A stretch of 12,663 bases of DNA, taken from sequence record NZ_LT960779.1. One strand, written 5' to 3'. Of this stretch, positions 1 through 6,614 are shown piece by piece. The translations under genes were made by a program, and so were the position numbers. The DNA comes from a plasmid. Position 1 is the stretch's first letter. The number at the start of each line of letters is the position of its first letter. The notes under the pieces were generated by a model. That model was not told the DNA's origin. It did no database searches and saw nothing but the letters and a program-made list of their open reading frames with translations.

Positions 1-36
1 GCCCTCTAAGAGCCTGTTGAGGGCTTTTTGTTTTTG
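1..36 (+). terminator. Hairpin (GCCCTC/GAGGGC) followed by a T-run. Probable rho-independent terminator of a gene upstream of the window.
   Basis: gccctc-N12-gagggc, then ctttttgtttttg. Stem is only 6 bp with a large loop. Confidence 0.35.
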
Positions 37-99
37 CTTTGGTATAAATATATATAAACAGTCTCAAAACCGCTAAAAACGAAAAATAAGGCCCTTAAA

Positions 100-407
100 A
101 ACGAACATAGCAGTTGAATTCTTGTTAAGATTCAGAAAAACTAACTGTTTGCTGTCAATGGTAGCGGACGAGCAAAGCGTGGGAGCATAAGGAATTGACA
201 GCTCTAAACCAGTCTTAACACTGAATTGGCGAAAGCCAAAGTTTCTATAAAACTTTGCTTTCCTGCCTAACGGCGAGTGAAAAAGCGGTTAAGCTGGCTC
301 AGCTTGGACGGGGTTCGGGGCGTTAGCGCCCGATTAAATGTGGCTTGCCACACCTTTTAAGCAACGAACAGCGTGAGGCGCAAGGCGCTGTGCGACTGGA
401 GTTTAAT
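100..407. other. GC-rich structured non-coding island upstream of the origin, containing several hairpins.
   Basis: No ORF above about 12 aa. Inverted repeats include gctgtcaat...attgacagc (153-201), aagctggctcagctt, ggggcgttagcgccc, gtggcttgccac and cagcg..cgctg. Local GC is much higher than the flanking AT-rich origin DNA. Confidence 0.4.
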
Positions 408-444
408 GTGAGCCGGTTTTTGGCTCACTCCTTTGTGTTTTTTG
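408..444 (+). terminator. Rho-independent-terminator-like hairpin closing the structured island.
   Basis: gtgagcc-ggttttt-ggctcac (7-bp stem) followed by tcctttgtgttttttg. Confidence 0.5.
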
Positions 445-473
445 ATTCTAGGTTTTGGCCTCGTACAGTAGTG

Positions 474-528
474 CCTCTTTTATACCTCTTTTATAAACCT
501 CTTTTAAACCTCTTTTAGACCCCTCTTG
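474..528. repeat. About 4.5 direct repeats of CCTCTTTTA with 11-13-bp phasing in the AT-rich origin region.
   Basis: Copies at 474, 485, 498 and 509, plus a partial ccctcttg at 521. Helical-period spacing. Matches the short repeat block that precedes the 22-bp iterons in pUCL287/pCI305-type LAB theta replicons. Confidence 0.6.
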
Positions 529-556
529 AGCCTTACTCTCCCAAGACATACAGAAG

Positions 557-656
557 TTTATCAAGTAGGTTTTGTCTGTTTATCAAGTAGGTTTTGTCTG
601 TTTATCAAGTAGGTTTTGTCTGTTTATCAAGTAGGTTTTGTCTGTTTATCAAGTAG
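557..656. repeat. Replication iterons: 4.5 tandem copies of the 22-bp unit TTTATCAAGTAGGTTTTGTCTG. This is the RepA binding site (ori).
   Basis: Perfect copies at 557-578, 579-600, 601-622 and 623-644, and a half copy at 645-656. They lie immediately upstream of repA. Confidence 0.92.
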
Positions 657-666
657 AAATATAAAG

Positions 667-695
667 TTGACTACTTGATAAACATAATCTAAAAT
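667..695 (+). promoter_or_regulatory. repA promoter (-35 TTGACT, 17-nt spacer, -10 TAAAAT), overlapped by an inverted half-iteron (ctacttgataaa, 671-682). Probable RepA autoregulation operator.
   Basis: TTGACT at 667-672 and TAAAAT at 690-695. The inverted copy of the iteron core sits in the spacer. The RBS aggagg at 711-716 lies 6 nt before the ATG at 723. Confidence 0.6.
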
Positions 696-722
696 TAATT
701 TGTAATCATTAGGAGGTACAGC

Positions 723-1658
723 ATGGGAAATGAAATTATTAAATATGATCCAGAGTTAAATACCATTCCACTTCGAAAATTTACTCCAGTTGAAATGAAT
801 TTATTTTTTTCGATTATTTCTCGTATGCGTGATAAGAGTAATCAGACCATTCGTTTTACTTTTGATCAATTAAAAGAGTTAAGTGCTTATAAACCTACTG
901 CAAATAACCGTTTTGAAGATGACATTCAGAGAACTTATGAAAAAATGATGGGATTACATTTTGGTAGACGAAGTAAAAGTGGATTAACTCGAGAGTTTTT
1001 TGTTTTGTTTACAGAATTTAAAATTGATGGAGATGCAGAAGAACCTTATGTAGACGTAAAAGTTTATGAACGTGCTTTACCCCTTTTAAACAAGCTTGAA
1101 AGTTGGGTTCGTTATGCGTTGGCAGAGTTTAGAGATTTAAAAAGTAGTTACGCAAAAACAATGTTTCGGTTACTAAAACAGTTCAGAACCACTGGATATG
1201 CTTATTTTTCTAAAGAAGACTTTTTTGAATTACTAGATATGCCCAAAAGTTACTGGAATAGTCCCTCTAACGTCGATAAATTTGTTATAAAACCCATTAA
1301 AGAAGAATTAACTCCTTTGTTTAGAGGATTAACGGTTAGAAAAAAATATGGTAAAGGTCGTGGGAAACCAGTGATTGGGTATTCTTTTACTTGGAAGCCT
1401 GAAAAGAAAGACGCTAATGACTTCTCACAAGGTCAATTTCAAGATGAACGTCAAAAACTCTTTAACATTCAGCATAATGGTGAATTAACAGAGCAGGAAA
1501 AGTGGCGCGCCATTGACAAGGTTAAGGGGTTAACCTTAGGCTCTACTGAGAAGCAAGCATTGGCTGATAAACAGGCCGAGCACGATAAAAAAATAAGAGA
1601 TCAAGCAAGACAAGAAGCTCTTGCTGAACTCCGAAAGGGGTTTGGAAATCATGCCTAA
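723..1658 (+). CDS. repA: Replication initiator RepA (Rep_3 / RepB-family theta-plasmid initiator).
   Basis: 311-aa ORF directly downstream of the iterons with a strong RBS. The N-terminus (NEIIKYDPELNTIPLRKF...LFFSIISRM) is typical of Rep_3 initiators of LAB theta plasmids. It overlaps the next gene in the sequence ATGCCTAA. Confidence 0.9.
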   Translation: MGNEIIKYDPELNTIPLRKFTPVEMNLFFSIISRMRDKSNQTIRFTFDQLKELSAYKPTANNRFEDDIQRTYEKMMGLHFGRRSKSGLTREFFVLFTEFKIDGDAEEPYVDVKVYERALPLLNKLESWVRYALAEFRDLKSSYAKTMFRLLKQFRTTGYAYFSKEDFFELLDMPKSYWNSPSNVDKFVIKPIKEELTPLFRGLTVRKKYGKGRGKPVIGYSFTWKPEKKDANDFSQGQFQDERQKLFNIQHNGELTEQEKWRAIDKVKGLTLGSTEKQALADKQAEHDKKIRDQARQEALAELRKGFGNHA

Positions 1659-2199
1659 AACTATTAGAGAACTTGCTGATGAATTGGGCGTTTCAAAGCA
1701 GGCTATATGGCAAAAGATAAAAAGAGATGCGTCAATCGATTTACGTCAATTTACATCAACAAAAGGCAATACTGTTTACGTTGATGTTGATGGGCAAAAA
1801 GCTATTAAAGCAATGTTCTCAAACGATTCGTCAACAAGATACCGTCAACAAAAAGATGATGTTGACGACAACAAAAAAGATGCGGTTGATGGACAAGATG
1901 AAGTGAAATTCCTTCGAAATTTAGTATCAGAAATTCAATCTGAAAAGAAAGAGTTACATAAGTTACTAGATCAGCAACAAAGATTGGCCTTACAGGACAA
2001 ACAACTGCTCGAAGAATACAAGGCAGAAATTAAGGACTTGAAAGCCTTAACAATGGCACCGCATGATGATGGTGAAAAAGAAGTGACGTCAGACAAACAA
2101 CCGGAACCTGAAAATAGCACCCCGGAGTCACAACCTAAACCTAAAAAGTGGTGGCGTTTTGGTAATAGGGGTAACAGAAGAGCTTGCAGCAAAAAATAA
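1651..2199 (+). CDS. repB: Replication-associated HTH protein (RepB/OrfX-like, DUF536-type accessory protein).
   Basis: The ATG at 1651 is preceded by aagggg. The N-terminal HTH MPKTIRELADELGVSKQAIWQKIKRD is followed by a charged coiled-coil region. The gene is translationally coupled to repA by an 8-nt overlap. The first 10 codons of the ORF-track start (1621) lie inside repA. Confidence 0.7.
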   Translation: MPKTIRELADELGVSKQAIWQKIKRDASIDLRQFTSTKGNTVYVDVDGQKAIKAMFSNDSSTRYRQQKDDVDDNKKDAVDGQDEVKFLRNLVSEIQSEKKELHKLLDQQQRLALQDKQLLEEYKAEIKDLKALTMAPHDDGEKEVTSDKQPEPENSTPESQPKPKKWWRFGNRGNRRACSKK

Positions 2200-2248
2200 T
2201 TTAAGTGATTTTGGAAAAGTTACGATATTTAGGAAAGTGGGTTTTAAT

Positions 2249-4030
2249 ATGCGGTTAGCTAAGTTTGAAATTAAGAATTTTCGTGGGTATAGAGACGAAA
2301 AAATAGATTTTACAGATTTTACAACCTTCGTTGGTATAAATGACTCTGGGAAGTCAACAATTTTTGAAGCACTTGATATTTTTTTTGGAAATTCAAAGAT
2401 TGAAAAGAGTGATCGCTCAGTTAATTCAAACGATGACGTTGAATTAACTGCATATTTTAGCGATTTACCCAGAGAAATAAAATTAGAAACTATACCAACT
2501 ACGCTTAAAGAAGAGTTTCTTACGTTACACGATAACAATCTAGATAAAGATTATTTAGTATTAAAGCAAAATTATTCTGGTGAAGGAATGAAATTATCTG
2601 AGTTTTTGGTTTCAACCTTTCCATCAGATGAATCTGTTCAGGATATTCATACTTCTAAAATAACTGCGTTAAAGAAAACTTTTTCTAACTTAATAGCTGA
2701 CATAGATAAAAGAAAATCAACTGAAATAAGAAAAGTAGCTTTGAAAGATGCCGCTAAAAGAAGTGATCTCGCAACAACGGAAATTAGTTTGAACGGCAAA
2801 GGTACGTTAAAAGATATAGCAGGTGTAATTCATGTGAATTTACCCATGTATCAGCTATTTAAATCTGATCGAAGTAATACAGATGCTGATTCTGAGATTC
2901 AAGATCCTATAAAAGCAATTATAAAAACAGCACTTTCACGTCAGGATATACAAGATCAGTTAGTAGATATATCAAAAAACATAGAAGAATCGGTTACTAG
3001 CATAACAAATCAGACTCTAGGCATGTTAAGGGAGATGGATAATTCACTATCTAATGATCTTAAGGCTGATTTTAATAGTCCAAACTGGAGTTCGGTATTT
3101 AAGTTTAATTTGGATACTGATTCAGGGATACCATTAAATAAACGCGGTAGTGGAGTCAGAAGATTAATTCTATTGAATTTTTTTCGAGCCGAAGCACGAA
3201 GGAAATTAGAGCAATCTGAAAATGAAAAGAATAATGAGATTAATATAATCTATGCTTTTGAAGAGCCAGAAACTTCTCAGCACCCCAAATTCCAAAAAAT
3301 GTTAATTGATTCGTTCAAAACAATGAGTGATTTAGATCATGTTCAAGTATGTATAACGACGCACAGTCCAGCAATTGCTAAAATAGTTCCGAAAGATGGG
3401 ATACGACTAATTAAAAAACAAGCCGGGAATGCCAATGTGATATCTGGTCAAACAGCTATTGGAGAAGTAATTGAACAATTAGGAATTGTTCCTAATATAA
3501 AATTATATCCAGACCAATTGGATCGTGTAATATTAGTTGAGGGTCCTACAGATGTTGTTTTTTTTCAATATATTTATGATAATTTGAGTAGTAAAATTGC
3601 TAGTGAAAAATCTAAAACGGCATTTATATCTGGCGGTGGGGCTTCGATTGTAGATGTTTTGAATTCAAATTTCATTAATCAGTTAAATTTAAAAAAGAAA
3701 ATAATGATCGTTGATGGTGATGGAGCCGGTAGCGATGATAAAAAAAAGGCAGACGAAAATAATAATTTAAAAACTATCCAATTAAATAAATCTACAATTG
3801 AATTTTATTTGCCTTATGAAGATGTTCAAAACGCGTTAAAGGAAAGTGCGCAAAACCCCTTTATACGTACAAAGGATGAATGGGTAGTGGGTAACAATGA
3901 GTGTAAATTAAATAAGGCACAAAAAAGGATGCTTAAGGATAAAGAAATATATAATCATTTCAATTTAGAAAATATTCCCAGTTCCATCAAAACGGAGCTA
4001 AACAAGATAGTGCATGACATCGATGACTAA
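2249..4030 (+). CDS. OLD-family (overcoming lysogenization defect) nuclease: N-terminal ABC/AAA_15-type ATPase fused to a C-terminal Toprim domain. Class 1 (single-gene) architecture.
   Basis: The start is taken at ATG 2249 (MRLAKFEIKNFRGY...), with RBS aggaaag at 2231-2237. ATPase motifs are Walker A GINDSGKST, signature-like NKRGSGVRRLILL, Walker B/D-loop IIYAFEEPETSQHP and H-loop TTHSP. Toprim motifs are the glutamate motif RVILVEGPTDVVFF and the DxD motif IMIVDGDGAG. The ORF-track start at 2159 would overlap repB. Confidence 0.85.
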   Translation: MRLAKFEIKNFRGYRDEKIDFTDFTTFVGINDSGKSTIFEALDIFFGNSKIEKSDRSVNSNDDVELTAYFSDLPREIKLETIPTTLKEEFLTLHDNNLDKDYLVLKQNYSGEGMKLSEFLVSTFPSDESVQDIHTSKITALKKTFSNLIADIDKRKSTEIRKVALKDAAKRSDLATTEISLNGKGTLKDIAGVIHVNLPMYQLFKSDRSNTDADSEIQDPIKAIIKTALSRQDIQDQLVDISKNIEESVTSITNQTLGMLREMDNSLSNDLKADFNSPNWSSVFKFNLDTDSGIPLNKRGSGVRRLILLNFFRAEARRKLEQSENEKNNEINIIYAFEEPETSQHPKFQKMLIDSFKTMSDLDHVQVCITTHSPAIAKIVPKDGIRLIKKQAGNANVISGQTAIGEVIEQLGIVPNIKLYPDQLDRVILVEGPTDVVFFQYIYDNLSSKIASEKSKTAFISGGGASIVDVLNSNFINQLNLKKKIMIVDGDGAGSDDKKKADENNNLKTIQLNKSTIEFYLPYEDVQNALKESAQNPFIRTKDEWVVGNNECKLNKAQKRMLKDKEIYNHFNLENIPSSIKTELNKIVHDIDD

Positions 4031-4109
4031 TACTTAAACACCAAACAGAAAGGGGCTATGAATATATAGGGTCTATAACTATCAAATAGACCCTCAAAAT
4101 CATTGTTAA

Positions 4110-4157
4110 AATAACCCCCAATATCTATAATGTAGATGTTGGGGGTTATTTGTTTTT
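4110..4157. terminator. Bidirectional intrinsic terminator between the convergent OLD gene and the TA operon.
   Basis: aataaccccca (4110-4120) pairs with tgggggttatt (4140-4150) in an 11-bp stem, followed by tgttttt. A second hairpin, agggtctat..atagaccct, lies at 4068-4094. Confidence 0.6.
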
Positions 4158-4178
4158 ATATGGTATAAACGACTTCTC

Positions 4179-4535
4179 TTATTCGTCATTTTTTCGATAC
4201 CTTTTGGAACGATTTTGACCAGGAAATAAACGATCATGCGATCCGACTCGAATGCCAATTAAGACTAGTTCATCTTTATCAATCGTATAAACCACCAGGA
4301 CATCGTTAGTTTCGCTTGGTGTTTTGTTTTTCGGGGTATCTCGTAAGTGAAATTCATTATAACCGCTCATTCGCCGATTAAGCTCATGATCTTCAAATTC
4401 TGATGGTAATTGTTGTTGCTCAAGCAACAGGTCAACGGCTGCTCGAACTTCATCAATAATAGATTTGTCTAAACTGGCTAACCGTTTTAGATCAGCATTA
4501 AAAGTTGCACGTGGTTTAAATCTTAGTTTTTTCAT
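4179..4535 (-). CDS. Type II toxin, YafQ/RelE-family mRNA interferase.
   Basis: 118 aa. The core ...DHELNRRMSGYNEFHLRDTP...DVLVVYTIDKDELVLIGIRVGSHDRLF matches the YafQ pattern (DHxL..G..GYR..H....D.LLIY....L...R.GsH..LF). It lies downstream of the antitoxin with a 1-nt overlap (TAATG). Confidence 0.8.
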   Translation of the reverse strand: MKKLRFKPRATFNADLKRLASLDKSIIDEVRAAVDLLLEQQQLPSEFEDHELNRRMSGYNEFHLRDTPKNKTPSETNDVLVVYTIDKDELVLIGIRVGSHDRLFPGQNRSKRYRKNDE

Positions 4536-4813
4536 TATTTAAACTGACCCCAATAATCATCATCTGATTCAACAATTTCATCGTCAGGTAAAACATGGCG
4601 TTTAATTAACTGATCACGTGCAATTGCATATTCTAACGAACCTTCTTTAGCTTTTAATGCTCTTTCTAGCCAGTCCATTTTTTCTTGTGAAACGATGGCT
4701 ACTGCGCGACTATTTGAACGAGCAATATAAACGGTTTCGTCTTCGTCATTAACTTGATCTAAATATTTTTTTAGGTTAGCGCGAAAATCGCTCTGTGTTA
4801 GTGCTAATGTCAT
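4535..4813 (-). CDS. Type II antitoxin, Phd/YefM family.
   Basis: The N-terminus TQSDFRANLKKYLDQVNDEDETVYIARSNSRAVAIVSQE fits the Phd_YefM fold pattern. The ATG at 4813 is preferred, with SD gagagggtgg 5 nt upstream. The ORF track uses an upstream GTG at 4822. Confidence 0.75.
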   Translation of the reverse strand: MTLALTQSDFRANLKKYLDQVNDEDETVYIARSNSRAVAIVSQEKMDWLERALKAKEGSLEYAIARDQLIKRHVLPDDEIVESDDDYWGQFK

Positions 4814-4829
4814 ATTTACCACCCTCTCA

Positions 4830-4869
4830 TTGTACTTAATATTGTACTTTAATTTGTACTAAAAATCAA
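4830..4869 (-). promoter_or_regulatory. TA-operon promoter (minus strand: -35 TTGATT, 17 nt, -10 TACAAT) overlapped by three phased TTGTACT repeats. Probable antitoxin operator in a divergent region shared with the recombinase gene.
   Basis: On the plus strand, aatcaa lies at 4864-4869 and attgta at 4841-4846. TTGTACT occurs at 4830, 4842 and 4854 (12-bp period). Confidence 0.45.
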
Positions 4870-4889
4870 TTTTTTAAGGAGCTAAAACT

Positions 4890-5477
4890 ATGCAACAAGT
4901 TGTCTTACCCATCAAAGATTCAAACGTTCTCAAAGAGGTTCAAGATACCTTACTCAACAACTTTAAAGCTGGCCGGCGTAACTATACAGTTTTTCAAGTT
5001 GGTAAAGCGACACTGTTGCGAGTCAGTGATGTCATGCGCTTAAAACAAACCGATATTTTTAATCCGGACGGTTCTATTAAACAAAATGCGTTCATTCACG
5101 ACCGAAAAACGGGTAAGCCTAATACCTTGTATCTTAAACCAGTTCAAACAGAGCTCTTATTGTACCGTCAATGGCTACTTGATCATAGACTAGCCTCTGA
5201 ATGGCTCTTTCCTTCCATTCAACACCCCGAGCGCCATATTACAGAAAAACAATTTTACAAAATCATGAGTAAGGTTGGCGATCTGTTAGGAATTAATTAT
5301 CTGGGTACTCATACGATGCGCAAAACCGGGGCTTATCGCGTCTACACACAATCTAATTATAATATTGGTTTGGTCATGAATTTGCTCAATCATTCCAGTG
5401 AAGCAATGACTTTAGCTTATTTAGGCTTAGACCAGGCTAGTACTGAAACGATGCTAGATCAAATTGATTTTGGTTGA
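4890..5477 (+). CDS. Small tyrosine-type site-specific recombinase (phage-integrase family). Likely a plasmid multimer-resolution or invertase-like recombinase.
   Basis: 195 aa with RBS aaggag 8 nt upstream. The C-terminal catalytic signature is THTMRKTGAYRVY...LNHSSEAMTLAYLG (HxxR followed by the catalytic Tyr). Its size is typical of LAB plasmid integrase/recombinase genes. Confidence 0.8.
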   Translation: MQQVVLPIKDSNVLKEVQDTLLNNFKAGRRNYTVFQVGKATLLRVSDVMRLKQTDIFNPDGSIKQNAFIHDRKTGKPNTLYLKPVQTELLLYRQWLLDHRLASEWLFPSIQHPERHITEKQFYKIMSKVGDLLGINYLGTHTMRKTGAYRVYTQSNYNIGLVMNLLNHSSEAMTLAYLGLDQASTETMLDQIDFG

Positions 5478-5513
5478 ATGCAATAGCGTATAACTTTAAA
5501 ATAATAATATATA

Positions 5514-5528
5514 TGGTATAATTCAAAT
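5514..5528 (+). promoter_or_regulatory. Extended -10 promoter (TGgTATAAT) ending 6 nt before the higB ATG. Predicts a leaderless higBA transcript.
   Basis: TGG at 5514-5516 and TATAAT at 5517-5522. The ATG is at 5529 and there is no Shine-Dalgarno sequence between them. Confidence 0.45.
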
Positions 5529-5900
5529 ATGGAAAAGCCAGAATTTGAAACTTACAAACGTCCCAATGGTCATGATGAATTCGATGAATGGTTACAGCAA
5601 CTGCCAATTAAAGATCGCGCTAAATTACTGCAAGTGATTACAGATACGCAGGATCAAGGTTTACTAGTCGCTCAACGCATGACTTGGGTTAAAAAGATAG
5701 AATCAGCTAAAAATTTATATGAATTAAGAAGTAAGGTATCCAGTAATATTCAACGGGCATTATACTTTCACGTTAAGGGACCAAAATATGTGATTACCCA
5801 TGGGTTTACCAAAAAGACACAAAAAACACCACCCGCTGAAATTAAACATGCGATTGAATTACGAACTGAATGGGAGGATAGTCAAAATGAAAATCAATGA
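5529..5900 (+). CDS. higB: Type II toxin, RelE/ParE superfamily, HigB/Gp49-like (phage Gp49 / DUF891 type).
   Basis: 123 aa. The segment LYELRSKVSSNIQRALYFHVKGPKYVITHGFTKKTQKTPPAEIKHAIE matches the Gp49/HigB family motif (..RI.YF...G.ii.LHGF.KKTQKTP..EI..A). The toxin-first gene order is typical of hig loci. Confidence 0.75.
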   Translation: MEKPEFETYKRPNGHDEFDEWLQQLPIKDRAKLLQVITDTQDQGLLVAQRMTWVKKIESAKNLYELRSKVSSNIQRALYFHVKGPKYVITHGFTKKTQKTPPAEIKHAIELRTEWEDSQNENQ

Positions 5901-6156
5901 TATTTTAACCCGGGAATTAAAAGACCCTAAGTTTGCTGAAGCTTATCATGCTGACAAGGAAAAATCTGCCAGTGCCTTAGCGTTGTATCACACTCGTGAA
6001 GAAGCTGGCCTAACTCAGGCCGATTTAGCTGAAAGAGCAAACGTCCCTCAATCCACCATTGCTAGAATCGAACGTGGCGATAATGTAACGTTTGATAAAC
6101 TAGCTGAAATTGCCCATGCTATGGGTAAAACAATTAAAATTGAATTTACTCAATAA
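5887..6156 (+). CDS. higA: HTH XRE-family antitoxin (HigA-like).
   Basis: The ATG at 5887 overlaps the higB 3' end by 14 nt. The HTH is LTQADLAERANVPQSTIARIERGDNVTFDKLAEIAHAMG. The ORF-track start at 5800 is an out-of-frame readthrough of higB. Confidence 0.75.
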   Translation: MKINDILTRELKDPKFAEAYHADKEKSASALALYHTREEAGLTQADLAERANVPQSTIARIERGDNVTFDKLAEIAHAMGKTIKIEFTQ

Positions 6157-6180
6157 GTTAGACCTTTAAAGAGGTATTTG

Positions 6181-6214
6181 GCAGCAGTTGATTTAATCAA
6201 CTGCTGCTTTTTTG
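6181..6214 (+). terminator. Strong rho-independent terminator after higA.
   Basis: gcagcagttgat-tta-atcaactgctgc (12-bp stem) followed by ttttttg. Confidence 0.75.
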
Positions 6215-6394
6215 ATCAAGCTAAATTAGCTTGCGCCGTTTGCGCAAAACTCCGCCTGAAAGGCTCCTACTGAAGGCATGCTCATGATGCAAAATCATTC
6301 GGCCGACAGCCCCTGTCTGGAAGACTTTTTTACTCAAATTCCGATAGCAATTTTGAGTAAAAACGCGAAGCTTTGCCAAAAAGTGGCTAGCCGA

Positions 6395-6510
6395 TCGGCT
6401 AACCATTTTGGCATTGCACAGCGAACTTGGGGGTCAAGGGGGAGCGTTAGCTGTCCCCCTTGCAAGCACCACATCAGACACGTAAGTGGCTAGCATGTGG
6501 GTTGCTTGCC
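6395..6510. other. Candidate origin of transfer (oriT) with nic region.
   Basis: Palindrome tagccgatcggcta at 6396-6409. Inverted repeat caaggggga/tcccccttg at 6435-6462. Downstream CTTGCAAG and GTAAGTG (6482-6488) resemble the RSF1010/MOBQ nic motif GGTAAGTGCG|CCCT. The region lies immediately upstream of mobC-mobA and overlaps the mob promoter. Confidence 0.4.
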
Positions 6511-6559
6511 AATCTTCTGTTATTCGATTATCATTAGGAGGTCGTCAGCCGTCGGCTGA
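6506..6559 (+). promoter_or_regulatory. mob operon promoter (-35 TTGCCA, 17 nt, -10 TATCAT) followed by the 15-bp palindrome tcagccgtcggctga (6545-6559). Possible MobC/relaxosome operator.
   Basis: TTGCCA at 6506-6511 and TATCAT at 6529-6534. The palindrome is 10 nt downstream. Confidence 0.45.
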
Positions 6560-6614
6560 TCCGACTTTTGATATCTCGAATAACTTTGCCCGCAGGGCAA
6601 CGGAGGTGGGACTT

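Noticed and set aside
557-656. A tandem 22-bp repeat array could be mistaken for a CRISPR array.
   Set aside because: The repeats are contiguous with no spacers. They lie immediately upstream of a Rep_3 initiator gene and are classic iterons.
2159-2248. An upstream extension of the OLD ORF (ATG at 2159) that overlaps repB.
   Set aside because: The conserved ATPase N-terminus begins at MRLAKFEIKNF (ATG 2249), which has a good RBS. The extension would overlap the repB C-terminus and adds non-conserved residues.
1971-2538. Minus-strand ORFs of 73 aa and 136 aa.
   Set aside because: They lie antisense to the repB and OLD coding sequences, have low-complexity S/L-rich products and no RBS. They are shadow ORFs.
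6221-6493. Two small overlapping ORFs (61 aa on the minus strand, 71 aa on the plus strand) in the oriT region.
   Set aside because: They are mutually antisense, have no RBS and lie inside palindrome-rich non-coding DNA that is better explained as oriT or promoter sequence.
6486-6614. An ATG at 6486 as the mobC start (160-aa version).
   Set aside because: The predicted mob promoter (6506-6534) lies downstream of this ATG. The extension is not MobC-like. The GTG at 6615 has a strong RBS and gives a typical 117-aa MobC.
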